From an uncultured Clostridia bacterium (GTDB lineage Bacteria; Bacillota; Clostridia; Christensenellales; Borkfalkiaceae), in assembly GCA_947631905.1 (NCBI GenBank), contig CANRND010000010.1:2827-66826 (forward strand): a DNA stretch of 64,000 nucleotides, read 5' to 3'. Made by a program: the position numbers and the translations under genes. This document shows positions 62,818-64,000 of the stretch, in pieces. The notes under the pieces are model-generated. The model was not told the origin of the DNA, made no database searches, and worked only from the letters and a program-made list of their open reading frames with translations. The first letter of the stretch is position 1. Every line of letters starts with the position of its first letter.

Positions 62818-64000
62818 ATGCAAGAATTTCTCGAATCGGTCTGCGACGCCGTCGTCATCGGCGCGGGACACGCGGGCGCGGAAGCCGCTCTCGCGCTCGC
62901 CCGCACGGGACTTTCGACCGTCCTTATGACCCTCAATTTAGACAGTATCGGCTTCATGCCCTGCAACCCCTCCGTCGGCGGAACGGCGAAAGGGCATTTG
63001 GTGCGCGAGATCGACGCGCTCGGCGGGCAGATGGGCGTCACCGCGGACGAGTGCGCCCTGCAAGTGCGGATGCTGAACGCGGGCAAGGGCGCAGCGGTAC
63101 AGTCCCTCCGCGCGCAGGTGGACAAGAACAAGTACCACCGCCGCATGAAACGGGTGTTGGAGCATACGAAAAATCTGCGCATCGTGCAGGCGGAAGCCGC
63201 CGAGATCGTGACCGATCCCACACCGGGCGGAGCGCAGGAGAGCCGCCCCCGCGTCGCCGCCGTCAAGACGACTTACGGCGGCGTTTTTGAGTGCCGCGCC
63301 GTCGTCGTGGCGACGGGAGTCTATCTCAATTCGGACACGATCACGGGCGAACTCGTCACCGCGAGCGGCCCCAACGGCTTTCAAAACGCGACCCGTCTTA
63401 CAAAATCGCTCATAAAGCTCGGCTACAAGGTGCGCCGTTTCAAGACAGGGACTCCCGCCCGTCTGGACGGCAGAACGGTCGATTTCGGCCGTTTGGAGCG
63501 GCAAGACGGCGAGGACGTGTACCCCTTCTCTTTCCTGCACAGCCACGCGCCCAGAGCGCAGACTCCCTGCTACCTCGCCTATACCAACGAGCGTACCCAT
63601 GAACTCATTTTAAGCAATCTTAGCCGCGCGCCCCTCTACAACGGACAAATTTCCTCCACGGGACCGCGCTACTGCCCCTCGATCGAGACGAAAGTGGTGC
63701 GCTTCCGCGACAAGGAACGCCACCAGCTCTTTTTGGAACCCGAGGGCGCGGACACGACGGAAGTTTATGTGCAGGGGCTTTCGACCTCTCTCCCCCACGA
63801 CCTGCAAAAAGAGGTCTACCGCTCCGTCAAAGGGCTTGAACATTGCGAGATCGTGCGCTATGCCTACGCCATCGAATACGACTGCATCGACACCCTCGAC
63901 GTGCTTCCCACGTTGGAATCCAAAAAGGTGGAGGGTCTGTACACGGCGGGGCAGATCAACGGCACGAGCGGCTACGAAGAGGCGGCGGCGCAGGGGCTGA
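62818..64000 (+). CDS. mnmG: tRNA uridine 5-carboxymethylaminomethyl modification enzyme MnmG/GidA (partial, continues past window end)
   Basis: Not in the ORF track because no stop lies in the window. My translation from the ATG at 62818 is MQEFLESVCDAVVIGAGHAGAEAALALARTGLSTVLMTLNLDSIGFMPCNPSVGGTAKGHLVREIDALGG, and it ends ...GQINGTSGYEEAAAQGL. No obvious Shine-Dalgarno, so the exact start is uncertain. Confidence 0.92.
   Translation, partial: MQEFLESVCDAVVIGAGHAGAEAALALARTGLSTVLMTLNLDSIGFMPCNPSVGGTAKGHLVREIDALGGQMGVTADECALQVRMLNAGKGAAVQSLRAQVDKNKYHRRMKRVLEHTKNLRIVQAEAAEIVTDPTPGGAQESRPRVAAVKTTYGGVFECRAVVVATGVYLNSDTITGELVTASGPNGFQNATRLTKSLIKLGYKVRRFKTGTPARLDGRTVDFGRLERQDGEDVYPFSFLHSHAPRAQTPCYLAYTNERTHELILSNLSRAPLYNGQISSTGPRYCPSIETKVVRFRDKERHQLFLEPEGADTTEVYVQGLSTSLPHDLQKEVYRSVKGLEHCEIVRYAYAIEYDCIDTLDVLPTLESKKVEGLYTAGQINGTSGYEEAAAQGL

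Overview
GC-rich (by eye about 55-60% GC) Bacillota/Clostridia-like chromosomal segment that ends at the dnaA region. Every gene from 1 to 61001 is on the minus strand. dnaA (61143-62492) and mnmG (62818 to beyond 64000) are on the plus strand, so the window crosses the origin-proximal strand switch. Core content: S10 ribosomal-protein operon (rpsJ to rpsQ, 1-4954), obg/yhbY, ddl-murF, rimI-tsaB-tsaE, FMN riboswitch-ribU, trxA, hisS, hslVU, trmFO, topA, dprA, comM, rplS, recF, dnaA, mnmG. Unusual content: (i) an apparent ~18-kb operon (promoter ~23277 to terminator ~5283) linking a 2516-aa S8 cell-envelope protease/BspA-type LRR protein, a 542-aa lipoprotein, an Opp-type ABC importer whose OppD ATPase carries a ~300-aa tandem-repeat insertion, and an 89-aa tail-anchored protein; (ii) a 3074-aa N-terminally anchored surface protein built from Cys/His modules plus a parallel beta-helix region; (iii) a GGGtGRT/NifU-like gene pair of unknown function; (iv) a MurF with a polytopic membrane N-terminal domain; (v) a dispersed family of small hairpin modules with compensatory stem changes in nearly every long intergenic region, plus a 3.3-copy ~180-bp tandem array of GC hairpins (28258-28845). 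I recognised no rRNA, tRNA, CRISPR, transposase, integrase or phage genes. All calls come from reading the sequence and the supplied ORF track; no database search or computation was run.
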